64,000 bases of DNA, from the NCBI RefSeq assembly GCF_003334765.1, contig NZ_QOWT01000002.1. One strand, 5' to 3'. Positions 24,158 through 37,296 of the stretch are shown here, piece after piece. The translations under genes were made by a program, and so were the position numbers. The first letter of the stretch is position 1, and every line of letters begins with the position of its first letter. The notes below the pieces were generated by a model. That model worked only from the letters and a program-made list of their open reading frames with translations, had not been told where the DNA came from and did not search any database. The stretch comes from Escherichia coli (GTDB taxonomy: Bacteria > Pseudomonadota > Gammaproteobacteria > Enterobacterales > Enterobacteriaceae).

Positions 24158-24241
24158 TTAATTTCGATTATTTTTCCCGGATGGAAAATTCTTAGAAACC
24201 GATCACATACAGCTGCATTTATTAAGGTTATCATCCGTTTC

Positions 24242-24328
24242 GCTGAAAAACATAACCCATAAAATGCTAGCTGTACCAGGAACCACCTCCTTAGCCTGTG
24301 TAATCTCCCTTACACGGGCTTATTTTTT
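24242..24328 (+). ncRNA. cyaR: CyaR (RyeE) Hfq-dependent sRNA
   Basis: gctgaaaaacataacccataaaatgctagctgtaccaggaaccacctccttagcctgtgtaatctcccttacacgggcttatttttt matches the CyaR sequence as I remember it, including the terminator hairpin and U-tail. Confidence 0.8.
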
Positions 24329-24487
24329 TATGCATAAGCCCTATCTCTGGTAACCGTCTTCCATTGACCACATCGATAGAATCCTCCTTCATAGCACGAT
24401 GCCTTTCACTTATCGGCATCGTGCTCCCACAGGTTCCGGCTACGCACAGCCAGAACGCGCATATTTGACGCTTACCAAAAAATATTC

Positions 24488-24805
24488 TCACTCTCCACAT
24501 TTGAATGTCAGACGAGCGACACCATGTAATCCTACACCTTCTGTCTTCAGCTCAACTATTTGCATTTTTTTGCCCTGAGTAACACAGAAATGAGTTGCAT
24601 CATTTTTTACTATATTTTCTGCACCAGATATTCTGCCCCTGGCTAAAGAAGCTTCGGCTTCGGTGTAGTATTGGTTATCGAGTTTACGCTGAATATTACT
24701 TTTATATGCAAGACCAAATTTACCGATACTTGTCTCATCATTATGCACAGCACAACCAGACATAATAAAAATACTAATTAATGATATAGCAGCTATCTTT
24801 TTCAT
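24488..24805 (-). CDS. yegR: Small lipoprotein-like protein YegR
   Basis: 105 aa from MKKIAAISLISIFIMSGCAVHND (lipobox-like signal peptide); AT-rich context. Confidence 0.8.
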   Translation of the reverse strand: MKKIAAISLISIFIMSGCAVHNDETSIGKFGLAYKSNIQRKLDNQYYTEAEASLARGRISGAENIVKNDATHFCVTQGKKMQIVELKTEGVGLHGVARLTFKCGE

Positions 24806-25209
24806 CTCACCTTCCCCCATTAAATACCAACGACACTCTCTAGTGTTTAAATATAATAATGGCATGATTATTATAATTGAATAGGATTATAATAAATGTT
24901 CTGTACAACATTTCCTACATAAGTAGGAATTACGAACATGGAGGCCCTTCCGGGTAACTCCATGAGGGCTTTAATATATTATATTGAAGATGCCACCGTT
25001 TAGTTGAATATTAGGTATATTCTCTTTTTTGAAATTTATCGGTGGCTGCCGTTAGTATTCGCTGTCCCCATTGCAAGCTCCTGGTGGTAACCACTGAATC
25101 CTCCATACTTGAACTGACTTTTATCCTCCGACTTTCATCCTGTTCTGACTCCACCTTTTGTTTTCTGCTCTACACTATCTACAGACCAATCATAAAGGCA
25201 CATACGATC

Positions 25210-26109
25210 ATGGCAGAATTTCCCGCCAGCTTACTGATTCTTAATGGCAAAAGTACTGACAATTTACCCTTGCGCGAAGCAATTATGCTGTTGCGTGAGG
25301 AAGGAATGACGATCCATGTGCGGGTCACCTGGGAGAAAGGCGATGCCGCACGATATGTAGAGGAGGCCCGGAAGTTGGGCGTCGCAACGGTGATTGCCGG
25401 TGGTGGCGATGGCACCATTAATGAAGTTTCTACGGCGTTGATTCAGTGTGAGGGGGATGACATACCCGCGCTGGGAATTTTGCCATTAGGAACCGCCAAT
25501 GATTTTGCCACCAGTGTAGGGATTCCTGAGGCACTGGATAAGGCGCTGAAACTGGCAATTGCCGGTAACGCCATTGCGATAGATATGGCGCAGGTCAACA
25601 AACAAACCTGTTTTATTAATATGGCGACAGGCGGATTTGGGACGCGTATTACCACAGAAACGCCGGAAAAATTAAAAGCCGCGCTGGGTGGCGTCTCTTA
25701 CATCATTCATGGCTTAATGCGCATGGATACTCTGCAACCGGACCGTTGTGAAATCCGCGGTGAAAACTTTCACTGGCAAGGTGACGCCCTGGTCATTGGT
25801 ATTGGTAACGGGCGTCAGGCCGGTGGCGGTCAGCAATTGTGTCCGAACGCGTTAATTAACGATGGCTTGCTGCAACTGCGCATTTTTACCGGCGATGAAA
25901 TTCTTCCGGCTCTCGTATCAACCTTAAAATCTGACGAAGATAACCCGAATATTATCGAAGGCGCTTCGTCGTGGTTTGATATACAAGCCCCACACGAAAT
26001 CACTTTTAATCTTGATGGCGAACCGTTGAGTGGGCAAAACTTCCATATTGAAATACTTCCGGCGGCGTTGCGTTGTCGATTACCACCGGATTGTCCATTA
26101 TTGCGTTAA
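25210..26109 (+). CDS. yegS: Lipid kinase YegS (DAGK-catalytic family)
   Basis: 299 aa from [15 protein letters not shown] with the GGDGT motif; the ORF-track extension to 25042 is rejected. Confidence 0.9.
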   Translation: MAEFPASLLILNGKSTDNLPLREAIMLLREEGMTIHVRVTWEKGDAARYVEEARKLGVATVIAGGGDGTINEVSTALIQCEGDDIPALGILPLGTANDFATSVGIPEALDKALKLAIAGNAIAIDMAQVNKQTCFINMATGGFGTRITTETPEKLKAALGGVSYIIHGLMRMDTLQPDRCEIRGENFHWQGDALVIGIGNGRQAGGGQQLCPNALINDGLLQLRIFTGDEILPALVSTLKSDEDNPNIIEGASSWFDIQAPHEITFNLDGEPLSGQNFHIEILPAALRCRLPPDCPLLR

Positions 26110-26145
26110 TCAAACTATTCTCTCTTGAACCAGGGAGAATCCGTA

Positions 26146-26181
26146 ATGCCGGATGCGGTGTAAACACCTTATCCGGCATAC
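26146..26181. repeat. REP element
   Basis: atgccggatgcggtgtaaacaccttatccggcatac between convergent yegS and gatR. Confidence 0.6.
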
Positions 26182-26190
26182 AGAACAATA

Positions 26191-26970
26191 CTACACCGTA
26201 ATTAATTTCACCCGTGTCTTCTGCAATGCCAGTTTATCCACCTCTGACACAGCATCATCTGTAATAATAATGTCAATTTTTTCGATTGGCAGTACCTGAT
26301 TAAAACCGCGACGGTTAAATTTCGATGAATCGAGAACGGCAATCACTTTATTAGCGGCGGTGACCATTGCACCGCTAATCGAATAACCTTCATTAAAGGT
26401 CGTAATACCATTAACCGCATCAATACCATCAGCACCGACAAACATTAAATCGGCATTAATATCCTGCAATGAACGCTCGGCAATGGAACCATGCATCGAG
26501 CGCGTTTTATGGCGGACCGTGCCACCACAGACGACCAGAGTAATGTCTTTATTTTCGGAAAGGGCAAACGCTGCCGGGAGACTGTTGGTAATCACCGTGA
26601 TATTTTTAGCGGTCATTAATCCTTCGGCGATAAGCATTGTGGTACTTCCGCTGTCGAGAATAACGGTCATCCCTTCATGGATCATTTTGACTGCCGCCTG
26701 CGCTATTCTGTTTTTTGGCGCGCTGGCGAGCTGAAATCGCTCTTTAAACCCGACTTCCTGGGTCTCGGTTTCACTATTACCGGACATTATTTTCGCCGCA
26801 CCGCCATGAAAGCGCGTAACCACGCCTTTTTGTTCGAGAAAGCGCAAATCGGCACGGATTGTCGCTTCCGAGGCAGCAAATACTCCCGCCAGATCCTGAA
26901 CAAGCACGGTTCCCTGTTCATTCACTAATTGGATGATCTTATTCCTTCGCTCGAATGAATTCATCGTCAT
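26191..26970 (-). CDS. gatR: DeoR-family repressor of the galactitol operon GatR, uninterrupted
   Basis: 259-aa continuous ORF with an N-terminal HTH and a DeoR C-terminal sugar-phosphate binding domain. Confidence 0.88.
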   Translation of the reverse strand: MTMNSFERRNKIIQLVNEQGTVLVQDLAGVFAASEATIRADLRFLEQKGVVTRFHGGAAKIMSGNSETETQEVGFKERFQLASAPKNRIAQAAVKMIHEGMTVILDSGSTTMLIAEGLMTAKNITVITNSLPAAFALSENKDITLVVCGGTVRHKTRSMHGSIAERSLQDINADLMFVGADGIDAVNGITTFNEGYSISGAMVTAANKVIAVLDSSKFNRRGFNQVLPIEKIDIIITDDAVSEVDKLALQKTRVKLITV

Positions 26971-27069
26971 TTACCCATATTCAATTGTGGCTAGTGTAAA
27001 CGAAGGGGGACCATTGGTGAATGATCTGTTTTGCACAATACCGGTCCAGCATCACGCTGGCCCGCGGTT

Positions 27070-28110
27070 TCATGGAATGAGCAACACTTTGCCCGGCATG
27101 GCATTACGAGCGATGTCACGCACCGCCTGGGTGAAGCTTTCAAAGCTTCCACGGTGAGCGATTAATGGCTCCAGGCTTAACTTACGTTCTGTCAGCAACC
27201 GGCTCGCCGTTTCCCACTCCTGCCCCGGCCAAGGGCTGGAATAGTTCATCCAACTGCCGATAACCGTCAGCTCTTTACGCAATATTTTGCCAAACGTTGC
27301 CGATGTTAAATGCAGATCCTGATGCAACGTGCCCACCAGCGCCAGTTGGGCATGAGGACCGGCAATCTCTACCGCCAGTTCGACAGTTTGCGGTACGCCA
27401 GCCGTCTCGAGGATAAGCTGATTAAAACGCAGTTCGCGTAAAACGCTCTGCATTTGCGGCGCGCTCATTTCGCTACTGTTAAATGTTTGCATCGCACCGA
27501 AAGATTTTGCCAGTGCCAGTTTTTCTGAGCTAATGTCGATAGCCGTCACACTCTTTGCTCCCAGCGCGACAGCGCACTGAATAGCCAGCAGGCCAATGGT
27601 TCCGGCACCAATAATAATAACGTTTTTATTCTCACAACCTTGCGCTAAATGAAAAGCATGCAGACCAACGGTAATCGGCTCAATAAAAGCCCCATCCTCA
27701 ATAGGCATATCCGTGGGTAGAGCAAAGACATTTTTTCGCTTAACGACAATATATTCAGCAAATCCACCATCACGCCGCGAGCCAATAAAATCATATTTTG
27801 CGCACTGGGAATAAAACCCTTTCAGACACTCTGGACAAGTAAAACAGGGTAATAACGGCACACAGGCAACCGCATCGCCAGGGTGTAAATCATCAACACC
27901 GGATCCCACCGCATCAATATAGCCGCTAAATTCATGGCCTAACGTTATTGGATAATAATGTGCACCATTTTTAAATATCCTGGGTAAATCGGAACCACAT
28001 AAGCCCGAGCTGGCAATTTTTACCCGCACCTCATCCTGATGTTTAATTTCAGGAATGACGCTTTCTGCAACGCGCACGATACCATCAGTATCATTCACCA
28101 CTGATTTCAT
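27070..28110 (-). CDS. gatD: Galactitol-1-phosphate 5-dehydrogenase
   Basis: 346-aa Zn-dependent alcohol dehydrogenase family protein. Confidence 0.92.
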   Translation of the reverse strand: MKSVVNDTDGIVRVAESVIPEIKHQDEVRVKIASSGLCGSDLPRIFKNGAHYYPITLGHEFSGYIDAVGSGVDDLHPGDAVACVPLLPCFTCPECLKGFYSQCAKYDFIGSRRDGGFAEYIVVKRKNVFALPTDMPIEDGAFIEPITVGLHAFHLAQGCENKNVIIIGAGTIGLLAIQCAVALGAKSVTAIDISSEKLALAKSFGAMQTFNSSEMSAPQMQSVLRELRFNQLILETAGVPQTVELAVEIAGPHAQLALVGTLHQDLHLTSATFGKILRKELTVIGSWMNYSSPWPGQEWETASRLLTERKLSLEPLIAHRGSFESFTQAVRDIARNAMPGKVLLIP

Positions 28111-28157
28111 AAAAACTCCTGATTGTTAAGGGGGATAACCTCCCCCTCAGGTAAAAA

Positions 28158-29513
28158 TTATTCTGCGAGAACGACTTTCTCTTGTTTAATAAAGCCACGC
28201 GCTCTACGCCAGGTCATGAAAATACCGGTCAGATAAATTGCACCGATAATAATGAAACCGGGAATATTTTGCGGGGAGAAAACCTGAATCAGTAACCAGG
28301 TAATGGGAGAACCGCCCTGATCCATTGAAGCCACCATACCCCCGGCTTTTAACGCCCCAGCATTAGCCGCCAGTTGGGTGTGCAAACCAATAGTTTGCGT
28401 CGCGATCCACAGGGTGATGCTCATAATGATGACACCCGAGATTAAGGTGCGGAACAGATTTCCACGATGCACGGCGACCGCCATCGCCACGAAGAAGCCG
28501 ATGGTGGCAAGATCGCCAAACGGCAGCACCTGATTACCCGGCACACAAACAGCAATTAAAATGGTGAGTGGGATAAAAATCAGGCTTGCCGATACCACCG
28601 CCGTATGTCCCAGCAGCAACGCCGGATCAAGGCCAATCAGGAACTCCTGACCGCCGAACTTCGCCTGTAAACGACTACGAGCCTGCTTAGCGATGGGCGT
28701 TAAACCATCCATGATGGGTTTAATCACCCGTGGCATTAGCAGCATCACTGCCGCCGTTTTTACCGCCAGCTGCAATACACCTTTGACATCGTAACCCGCG
28801 AGGATGCCGATAATCAGCCCCATCACAAAACCCACGGTGACAGGCTCGCCAAATGGACCAAATTTGCGCTGAATATCGTCGGCGCTAAATTTAATTCGGT
28901 TAACGCCTGGGATTTTCTCGATGATAGCATCGACCAGCACCGCAATCGGCCCCATATACGCCGACGTACCGTGCGGAATAGCAATACCTTCCAGCTCAAA
29001 GAAATTTCGGGTATCGCGGGCAAACCAGTCGCCGAGCTTATAAACAAACGCCGCGTGAATTACCACACCTGCCATCCCTATCATCCATGAACCGGTTGCC
29101 AGATGCAGCAACGCGCCGGTGAAGGTCATATGCCAGATATTCCAGATATCAACATTTACCACCCGCATCATACGGGTCAGTAACATCGCCACGTTAACCA
29201 GAATCGCAATCGGAATCGCCACCAGCGCAATTTGCGACGCCCAGGTCATTGGTGAAGAGCCCGGCCAGCCAACATCGACCACATGCAGATTCAGGTCGAA
29301 ATTTTCCGCCATCGCTTTCGCCGCCGGGCCAATGGAATCCAGCATTAAGCCAATCACAAGGCCAATGCCAACAAAGCCAATCCCGATATGCAGACCCGCT
29401 TTAAAGCAATCGCCTGCCTTCATGCCTAATATTTTAGAAAAAATAATGATGACAATCGGCAGCATCACCGTAGGGCCGAGGTCGAGAATATAACGCATGA
29501 CTTCTGAAAACAT
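28158..29513 (-). CDS. gatC: PTS galactitol-specific EIIC
   Basis: 451-aa polytopic membrane protein. Confidence 0.92.
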   Translation of the reverse strand: MFSEVMRYILDLGPTVMLPIVIIIFSKILGMKAGDCFKAGLHIGIGFVGIGLVIGLMLDSIGPAAKAMAENFDLNLHVVDVGWPGSSPMTWASQIALVAIPIAILVNVAMLLTRMMRVVNVDIWNIWHMTFTGALLHLATGSWMIGMAGVVIHAAFVYKLGDWFARDTRNFFELEGIAIPHGTSAYMGPIAVLVDAIIEKIPGVNRIKFSADDIQRKFGPFGEPVTVGFVMGLIIGILAGYDVKGVLQLAVKTAAVMLLMPRVIKPIMDGLTPIAKQARSRLQAKFGGQEFLIGLDPALLLGHTAVVSASLIFIPLTILIAVCVPGNQVLPFGDLATIGFFVAMAVAVHRGNLFRTLISGVIIMSITLWIATQTIGLHTQLAANAGALKAGGMVASMDQGGSPITWLLIQVFSPQNIPGFIIIGAIYLTGIFMTWRRARGFIKQEKVVLAE

Positions 29514-29516
29514 AGG

Positions 29517-29801
29517 TCACCCCTGTAAGATAGTCAGAATTTTATTTTGTAATGCTTCGATACCGATACCAGAAATAAAAGGCATGCCGTGAACTAACGG
29601 AATATCGCCAAAACTACGATCCACTTTGGCAGTGGTGCATATCAAATGCACACCATCCATATAGGTTTCTATTTCATTAACCCGACACTGGATTAATTCA
29701 ACAGGAATATTATGATTCTGACACAACTCTTTAATTTCTTCCGCCGCCATCGTAGAGGTCGCAACCGCGCCTCCGCAAGCGACAATAATCTTGCGTTTCA
29801 T
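29517..29801 (-). CDS. gatB: PTS galactitol-specific EIIB
   Basis: 94-aa [19 protein letters not shown] with active-site Cys. Confidence 0.92.
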   Translation of the reverse strand: MKRKIIVACGGAVATSTMAAEEIKELCQNHNIPVELIQCRVNEIETYMDGVHLICTTAKVDRSFGDIPLVHGMPFISGIGIEALQNKILTILQG

Positions 29802-29831
29802 AAATAGTCCTTTTTATTGTTACAGAGGGAT

Positions 29832-30284
29832 TTATTCGTCTGAATCTAAAACATACTTTGTGAAGTATTCCTTTAACTGGGTTTCAGGAAGAGTGATTAG
29901 TGTCTCGACGATATCGGGCTGTTGTAACTTGCCAAATAAACAGCGTAAAAGTTTCAATTGCTGCTGCGGATTTTCCACAATCAACGCAATAACCAACGAT
30001 ACCGCCACGTCGTTATCATCATCCGCTTGCTGAAAATGAACTTTATTTGTTGGCCTTAACAGATAAATGGCTGACGACTTAGCATGAATCGCCTCACAAT
30101 GCGGTATTGCAATAGCGTGCTGCTCAAGCATTATCCCGGTAGGGAATTCTGCTTCTCTGGCAATTAATGCCTGTGGCCAGGTATCATGAACCACACCTTT
30201 GGCGAGCATCTCATTACCGATATGGGTTAAAACTTCGCTACGATCGACAAAAGAAATTCCGCTACGAACAAACAGGTTAGTCAT
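29832..30284 (-). CDS. gatA: PTS galactitol-specific EIIA
   Basis: 150-aa ORF. Confidence 0.92.
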   Translation of the reverse strand: MTNLFVRSGISFVDRSEVLTHIGNEMLAKGVVHDTWPQALIAREAEFPTGIMLEQHAIAIPHCEAIHAKSSAIYLLRPTNKVHFQQADDDNDVAVSLVIALIVENPQQQLKLLRCLFGKLQQPDIVETLITLPETQLKEYFTKYVLDSDE

Positions 30285-30293
30285 ATACCGTCC

Positions 30294-32493
<2,200 letters not shown>

Positions 32494-32606
32494 TTAAATA
32501 TCGAGATAACGATCACAAAAACAACAATATGAAAATTGTTCGAGGAGTGAAAGGCAAAAAAACGGCCTCCCGATAGGGAAGCCGTAGCAAAGTGCGCGTG
32601 TTTTTA

Positions 32607-32725
32607 TGCCGGATGCGGTGTAAACATACGTGGCAGTGCTATGTAGGCATGATAAGACGCTTCAGCGTCGCATCAGGCATAGGTTGCCGGATGCAGCGTA
32701 AACGCCTTATCCGTCCTACGGGGTG
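32607..32725. repeat. Cluster of REP elements (BIME) between fbaB and gatY
   Basis: Several copies or variants of gccggatgcggtgtaaac and cgcatcaggc palindromes. Confidence 0.6.
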
Positions 32726-32746
32726 GTGTTGTTCGTATAAGGCGTA

Positions 32747-33799
32747 TCAGGCGATAGTAATTTTGCTATCGAGATAAACGTCCTGCACGGCGTTAATCAG
32801 TTTCACGCCGTCAGCCATCGATTTCTTGAACGCTTTACGTCCAAGAATCAGCCCCATTCCGCCAGCGCGTTTGTTGATAACCGCAGTACGCACTGCATCA
32901 CTGAGGTCAGTTTCACCGCCCGCAGCACCGCCGGAGTTTATCAACCCAGCCCGGCCCATATAGCAGTTAGCTAACTGATAACGCACCAGATCAATCGGGT
33001 TTTCGCTGGTTAACTTGCTGTACACGCGATCGTCGGTATAACCGTAATTAATCGCTTTATAACCGCCGTTATTTTCCGCCATTTTCTGTTTGACGATGTC
33101 CGCGCCAATGGTCGCCGCCAGATGGTTCGCCTGACCAGTCAGGTCGGCGGAAACATGGTAATCAACGCCATCTTTCTTAAAGGCGGAGTTACGCAAATAG
33201 GCCCACAGCACTGTCACCATGCCCAGCTCGTGCGCACGTTCAAAAGCCGCAGAAATTTCTTCAATCTGGCGACGTGACTCTTCCGAGCCAAAATAGATAG
33301 TCGCACCAACCGCAACCGCGCCCATGTTGAACGCCTGCTCCACGCTGGCATACAGCGTTTGATCGTAGGTATTCGGGTAACTTAGCGTCTCGTTGTGATT
33401 AAGTTTGACGAGGAATGGAATGCGATGCGCATAACGCCGCGATACCGACGCCAGCACGCCGTAAGTTGACGCCACACAGTTACAGCCCGCTTCGATCGCC
33501 AGTTCAACAATGTTTTTCGGGTCAAAGTAGAGCGGGTTAGCAGCAAATGAAGCTCCGGCAGAGTGCTCAACGCCCTGGTCAACCGGCAGAATAGAAAGAT
33601 ATCCTGTGCCAGCCAGACGCCCGGTGTTGTACAACGTCTGCATATTACGTAACACCGCAGGCGGGCGATTATTGTCAATCATCACGCGGTCTACGTAGTC
33701 ATGTCCGGGGAGATAAAGCTGGTCAGAAGGAATAGTCATACAACGGTGCTGTAAAAGGTTGTCGGCGTCTTTGCCAAGCAACTGCGCAATATCTGTCAT
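32747..33799 (-). CDS. fbaB: Fructose-bisphosphate aldolase class I
   Basis: 350 aa from [18 protein letters not shown]; the ORF-track 5' extension is rejected. Confidence 0.92.
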
Positions 33800-34055
33800 T
33801 ACTATGCTCCCGTAAATTCCGATTGGATATCGGCTATGGATTTTCCTGGCCCGCCTTTTGCGGGCAATCATAATCCTGGTCGTTACGGGCGAGTTTTTCC
33901 ATCTTTTGGATGTTTTTTCAGCGTTTTCTGTTGGCTCGATTCATCAGAAAAAATGTTAGCGCGGTCAAGTTTTCACCGCAAAGGTATTTAAAAGGTATTA
34001 TTAAGTGGTATTGTCATCGCGTACCTTACATTACCTGTCATGAAGGAATTAAAAG

Positions 34056-35333
34056 ATGAAAACAACAGCAAAGCTGTCGTTCATGATGTTTGTTGAATGG
34101 TTTATCTGGGGCGCGTGGTTTGTGCCATTGTGGTTGTGGTTAAGTAAAAGCGGTTTTAGTGCCGGAGAAATTGGCTGGTCGTATGCCTGTACCGCCATTG
34201 CGGCGATCCTGTCGCCAATTCTGGTTGGCTCCATCACTGACCGCTTTTTCTCGGCGCAGAAAGTGCTGGCGGTATTGATGTTCGCAGGCGCGCTGCTGAT
34301 GTATTTCGCTGCGCAACAGACCACTTTTGCCGGGTTCTTCCCGTTACTGCTGGCCTACTCGCTAACCTATATGCCGACCATTGCGCTGACTAACAGCATC
34401 GCTTTTGCCAACGTGCCGGATGTTGAGCGTGATTTCCCGCGCATTCGTGTGATGGGCACTATCGGCTGGATTGCCTCCGGTCTGGCATGTGGTTTCTTGC
34501 CGCAAATACTGGGGTATGCCGATATCTCACCGACTAACATCCCGCTGCTGATTACCGCCGGAAGTTCTGCTCTGCTCGGTGTGTTTGCGTTTTTCCTGCC
34601 CGACACGCCACCAAAAAGCACCGGCAAAATGGATATTAAAGTCATGCTCGGCCTGGATGCGCTGATCCTGCTGCGCGATAAAAACTTCCTCGTCTTTTTC
34701 TTCTGTTCATTCCTGTTTGCGATGCCACTAGCGTTCTATTACATCTTTGCCAACGGTTATCTGACCGAAGTTGGCATGAAAAACGCCACCGGCTGGATGA
34801 CGCTCGGCCAGTTCTCTGAAATCTTCTTTATGCTGGCATTGCCGTTTTTCACTAAACGCTTTGGTATCAAAAAGGTATTATTGCTTGGTCTGGTCACCGC
34901 TGCGATCCGCTATGGCTTCTTTATTTACGGTAGTGCGGATGAATATTTCACCTACGCGTTACTGTTCCTCGGTATTTTGCTTCACGGCGTAAGTTACGAT
35001 TTTTACTACGTTACCGCTTACATCTATGTCGATAAAAAAGCCCCCGTGCATATGCGTACCGCTGCGCAGGGGCTGATCACGCTCTGCTGCCAGGGCTTCG
35101 GCAGTTTGCTCGGCTATCGTCTTGGCGGTGTGATGATGGAAAAGATGTTCGCTTATCAGGAACCGGTAAACGGACTGACTTTCAACTGGTCCGGGATGTG
35201 GACTTTCGGCGCGGTGATGATTGCCATTATCGCCGTGCTGTTCATGATTTTTTTCCGCGAATCCGACAACGAAATTACGGCTATCAAGGTCGATGATCGC
35301 GATATTGCGTTGACACAAGGGGAAGTTAAATGA
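34056..35333 (+). CDS. yegT: Nucleoside:H+ symporter-family MFS transporter YegT
   Basis: 425-aa polytopic ORF. Confidence 0.88.
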   Translation: MKTTAKLSFMMFVEWFIWGAWFVPLWLWLSKSGFSAGEIGWSYACTAIAAILSPILVGSITDRFFSAQKVLAVLMFAGALLMYFAAQQTTFAGFFPLLLAYSLTYMPTIALTNSIAFANVPDVERDFPRIRVMGTIGWIASGLACGFLPQILGYADISPTNIPLLITAGSSALLGVFAFFLPDTPPKSTGKMDIKVMLGLDALILLRDKNFLVFFFCSFLFAMPLAFYYIFANGYLTEVGMKNATGWMTLGQFSEIFFMLALPFFTKRFGIKKVLLLGLVTAAIRYGFFIYGSADEYFTYALLFLGILLHGVSYDFYYVTAYIYVDKKAPVHMRTAAQGLITLCCQGFGSLLGYRLGGVMMEKMFAYQEPVNGLTFNWSGMWTFGAVMIAIIAVLFMIFFRESDNEITAIKVDDRDIALTQGEVK

Positions 35334-36334
35334 AAACAGAACGTATTCTCGGTGCTCTTTATGGGCAGGCGTTAGGGGATGCGATGGGGATGCCCTCCGA
35401 GCTTTGGCCACGCAGCCGCGTTAAAGCACACTTTGGCTGGATTGACCGTTTTCTTCCTGGACCAAAGGAGAATAACGCGGCCTGTTATTTTAACCGCGCC
35501 GAATTCACCGACGATACCTCGATGGCGCTGTGTCTGGCGGATGCGTTACTGGAACGTGAAGGCAAGATCGATCCGGATCTGATTGGGCGTAATATTCTCG
35601 ACTGGGCGCTGCGTTTCGACGCCTTTAACAAAAACGTACTAGGTCCGACCTCGAAGATTGCGCTTAACGCCATTCGCGACGGTAAACCCGTTGCTGAACT
35701 GGAAAACAACGGCGTGACCAACGGCGCAGCGATGCGCGTCTCGCCATTAGGTTGTTTGCTTCCGGCGCGTGATGTTGATTCCTTTATTGATGATGTAGCG
35801 CTGGCGTCCAGCCCGACCCATAAATCCGATCTGGCGGTTGCAGGCGCGGTAGTCATCGCATGGGCGATTTCTCGTGCCATTGACGGAGAAAGCTGGTCAG
35901 CGATTGTTGATTCCCTGCCTTCAATTGCGCGACATGCACAGCAAAAACGCATCACTACGTTCAGCGCCTCACTGGCGGCGCGGCTGGAGATTGCGCTGAA
36001 AATTGTGCGCAATGCCGACGGCACCGAATCCGCCAGCGAACAGCTTTACCAGGTCGTTGGCGCAGGTACCAGCACTATTGAGTCCGTTCCGTGCGCCATT
36101 GCGCTGGTTGAACTGGCACAAACCGACCCGAATCGCTGCGCCGTCCTGTGCGCTAACCTTGGCGGCGACACAGACACCATCGGTGCTATGGCGACGGCAA
36201 TTTGCGGCGCGTTGCATGGCGTTAACGCTATCGATCCTGCGTTAAAGGCGGAACTGGATGCGGTAAATCAGCTTGATTTCAACCGCTATGCCACAGCGCT
36301 GGCGAAATATCGTCAACAACGGGAGGCGGTATGA
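35330..36334 (+). CDS. yegU: ADP-ribosylglycohydrolase-family protein YegU
   Basis: 334 aa; ATGA overlap with yegT. Confidence 0.88.
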   Translation: MKTERILGALYGQALGDAMGMPSELWPRSRVKAHFGWIDRFLPGPKENNAACYFNRAEFTDDTSMALCLADALLEREGKIDPDLIGRNILDWALRFDAFNKNVLGPTSKIALNAIRDGKPVAELENNGVTNGAAMRVSPLGCLLPARDVDSFIDDVALASSPTHKSDLAVAGAVVIAWAISRAIDGESWSAIVDSLPSIARHAQQKRITTFSASLAARLEIALKIVRNADGTESASEQLYQVVGAGTSTIESVPCAIALVELAQTDPNRCAVLCANLGGDTDTIGAMATAICGALHGVNAIDPALKAELDAVNQLDFNRYATALAKYRQQREAV

Positions 36335-37296
36335 GCGGCGCTCGATTACACACGCTGCTGCCTGAATTAACCACGCGTCAGTCGGTGATGGTCGTCGGCG
36401 CGGCGGTCATTGACGTGATCGCCGACGCTTATGCCCTCCCCTGGCGTGGGTGCGATATCGAACTGAAACAGCAGAGCGTTAACGTTGGCGGCTGCGCACT
36501 GAATATTGCCGTGGCGTTAAAGCGCCTCGGCATCGAAGCGGGTAATGCCTTGCCGCTCGGTCAGGGCGTGTGGGCGGAGATTATTCGCAACCGGATGGCA
36601 AAAGAGGGCTTAATCAGCCTGATCGATAACGCCGAAGGTGATAACGGCTGGTGTCTGGCGCTGGTTGAGCCGGATGGCGAACGCACTTTTATGTCATTCA
36701 GCGGTGTTGAAAATCAGTGGAATCGCCAGTGGCTGGCGCGATTAACCGTTGCGCCTGGCAGCCTGCTCTATTTTTCCGGTTATCAACTGGCCTCGCCCTG
36801 CGGCGAATTGTTAGTGGAATGGCTGGAAGAGCTGCAAGACGTGACGCCGTTTATCGATTTTGGCCCACGTATTGGCGATATCCCGGATGCATTACTGGCG
36901 CGGATCATGGCCTGTCGACCTTTAGTGTCGCTCAATCGTCAAGAGGCTGAGATTGCCGCCGAACGTTTTGCTTTATCCGCAGAGATAACAACACTTGGCA
37001 AGCAATGGCAGGAGAAATTTGCCGCGCCGTTGATCGTTCGTCTCGATAAAGAAGGCGCATGGTATTTCAGCAACGACGCTTCTGGCTGCATTCCGGCATT
37101 TCCAACGCAAGTTGTCGACACCATTGGGGCGGGCGACAGTCATGCCGGTGGCGTACTTGCCGGGCTGGCCTCTGGTCTGCCACTGGCGGATGCCGTATTA
37201 CTGGGCAATGCAGTGGCGTCGTGGGTTGTCGGGCATCGGGGCGGTGATTGTGCGCCAACGCGCGAGGAACTACTCCTCGCACACAAAAACGTATAG
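36331..37296 (+). CDS. yegV: PfkB-family carbohydrate/nucleoside kinase YegV
   Basis: 321 aa with C-terminal GAGDSHAGG motif; ATGA overlap with yegU. Confidence 0.88.
   Translation: MSGARLHTLLPELTTRQSVMVVGAAVIDVIADAYALPWRGCDIELKQQSVNVGGCALNIAVALKRLGIEAGNALPLGQGVWAEIIRNRMAKEGLISLIDNAEGDNGWCLALVEPDGERTFMSFSGVENQWNRQWLARLTVAPGSLLYFSGYQLASPCGELLVEWLEELQDVTPFIDFGPRIGDIPDALLARIMACRPLVSLNRQEAEIAAERFALSAEITTLGKQWQEKFAAPLIVRLDKEGAWYFSNDASGCIPAFPTQVVDTIGAGDSHAGGVLAGLASGLPLADAVLLGNAVASWVVGHRGGDCAPTREELLLAHKNV

Noticed and set aside
25042-25209. ORF-track N-terminal extension of yegS
   Set aside because: The extension lies in AT-rich intergenic DNA; the conserved protein starts at MAEFPASLL (25210).
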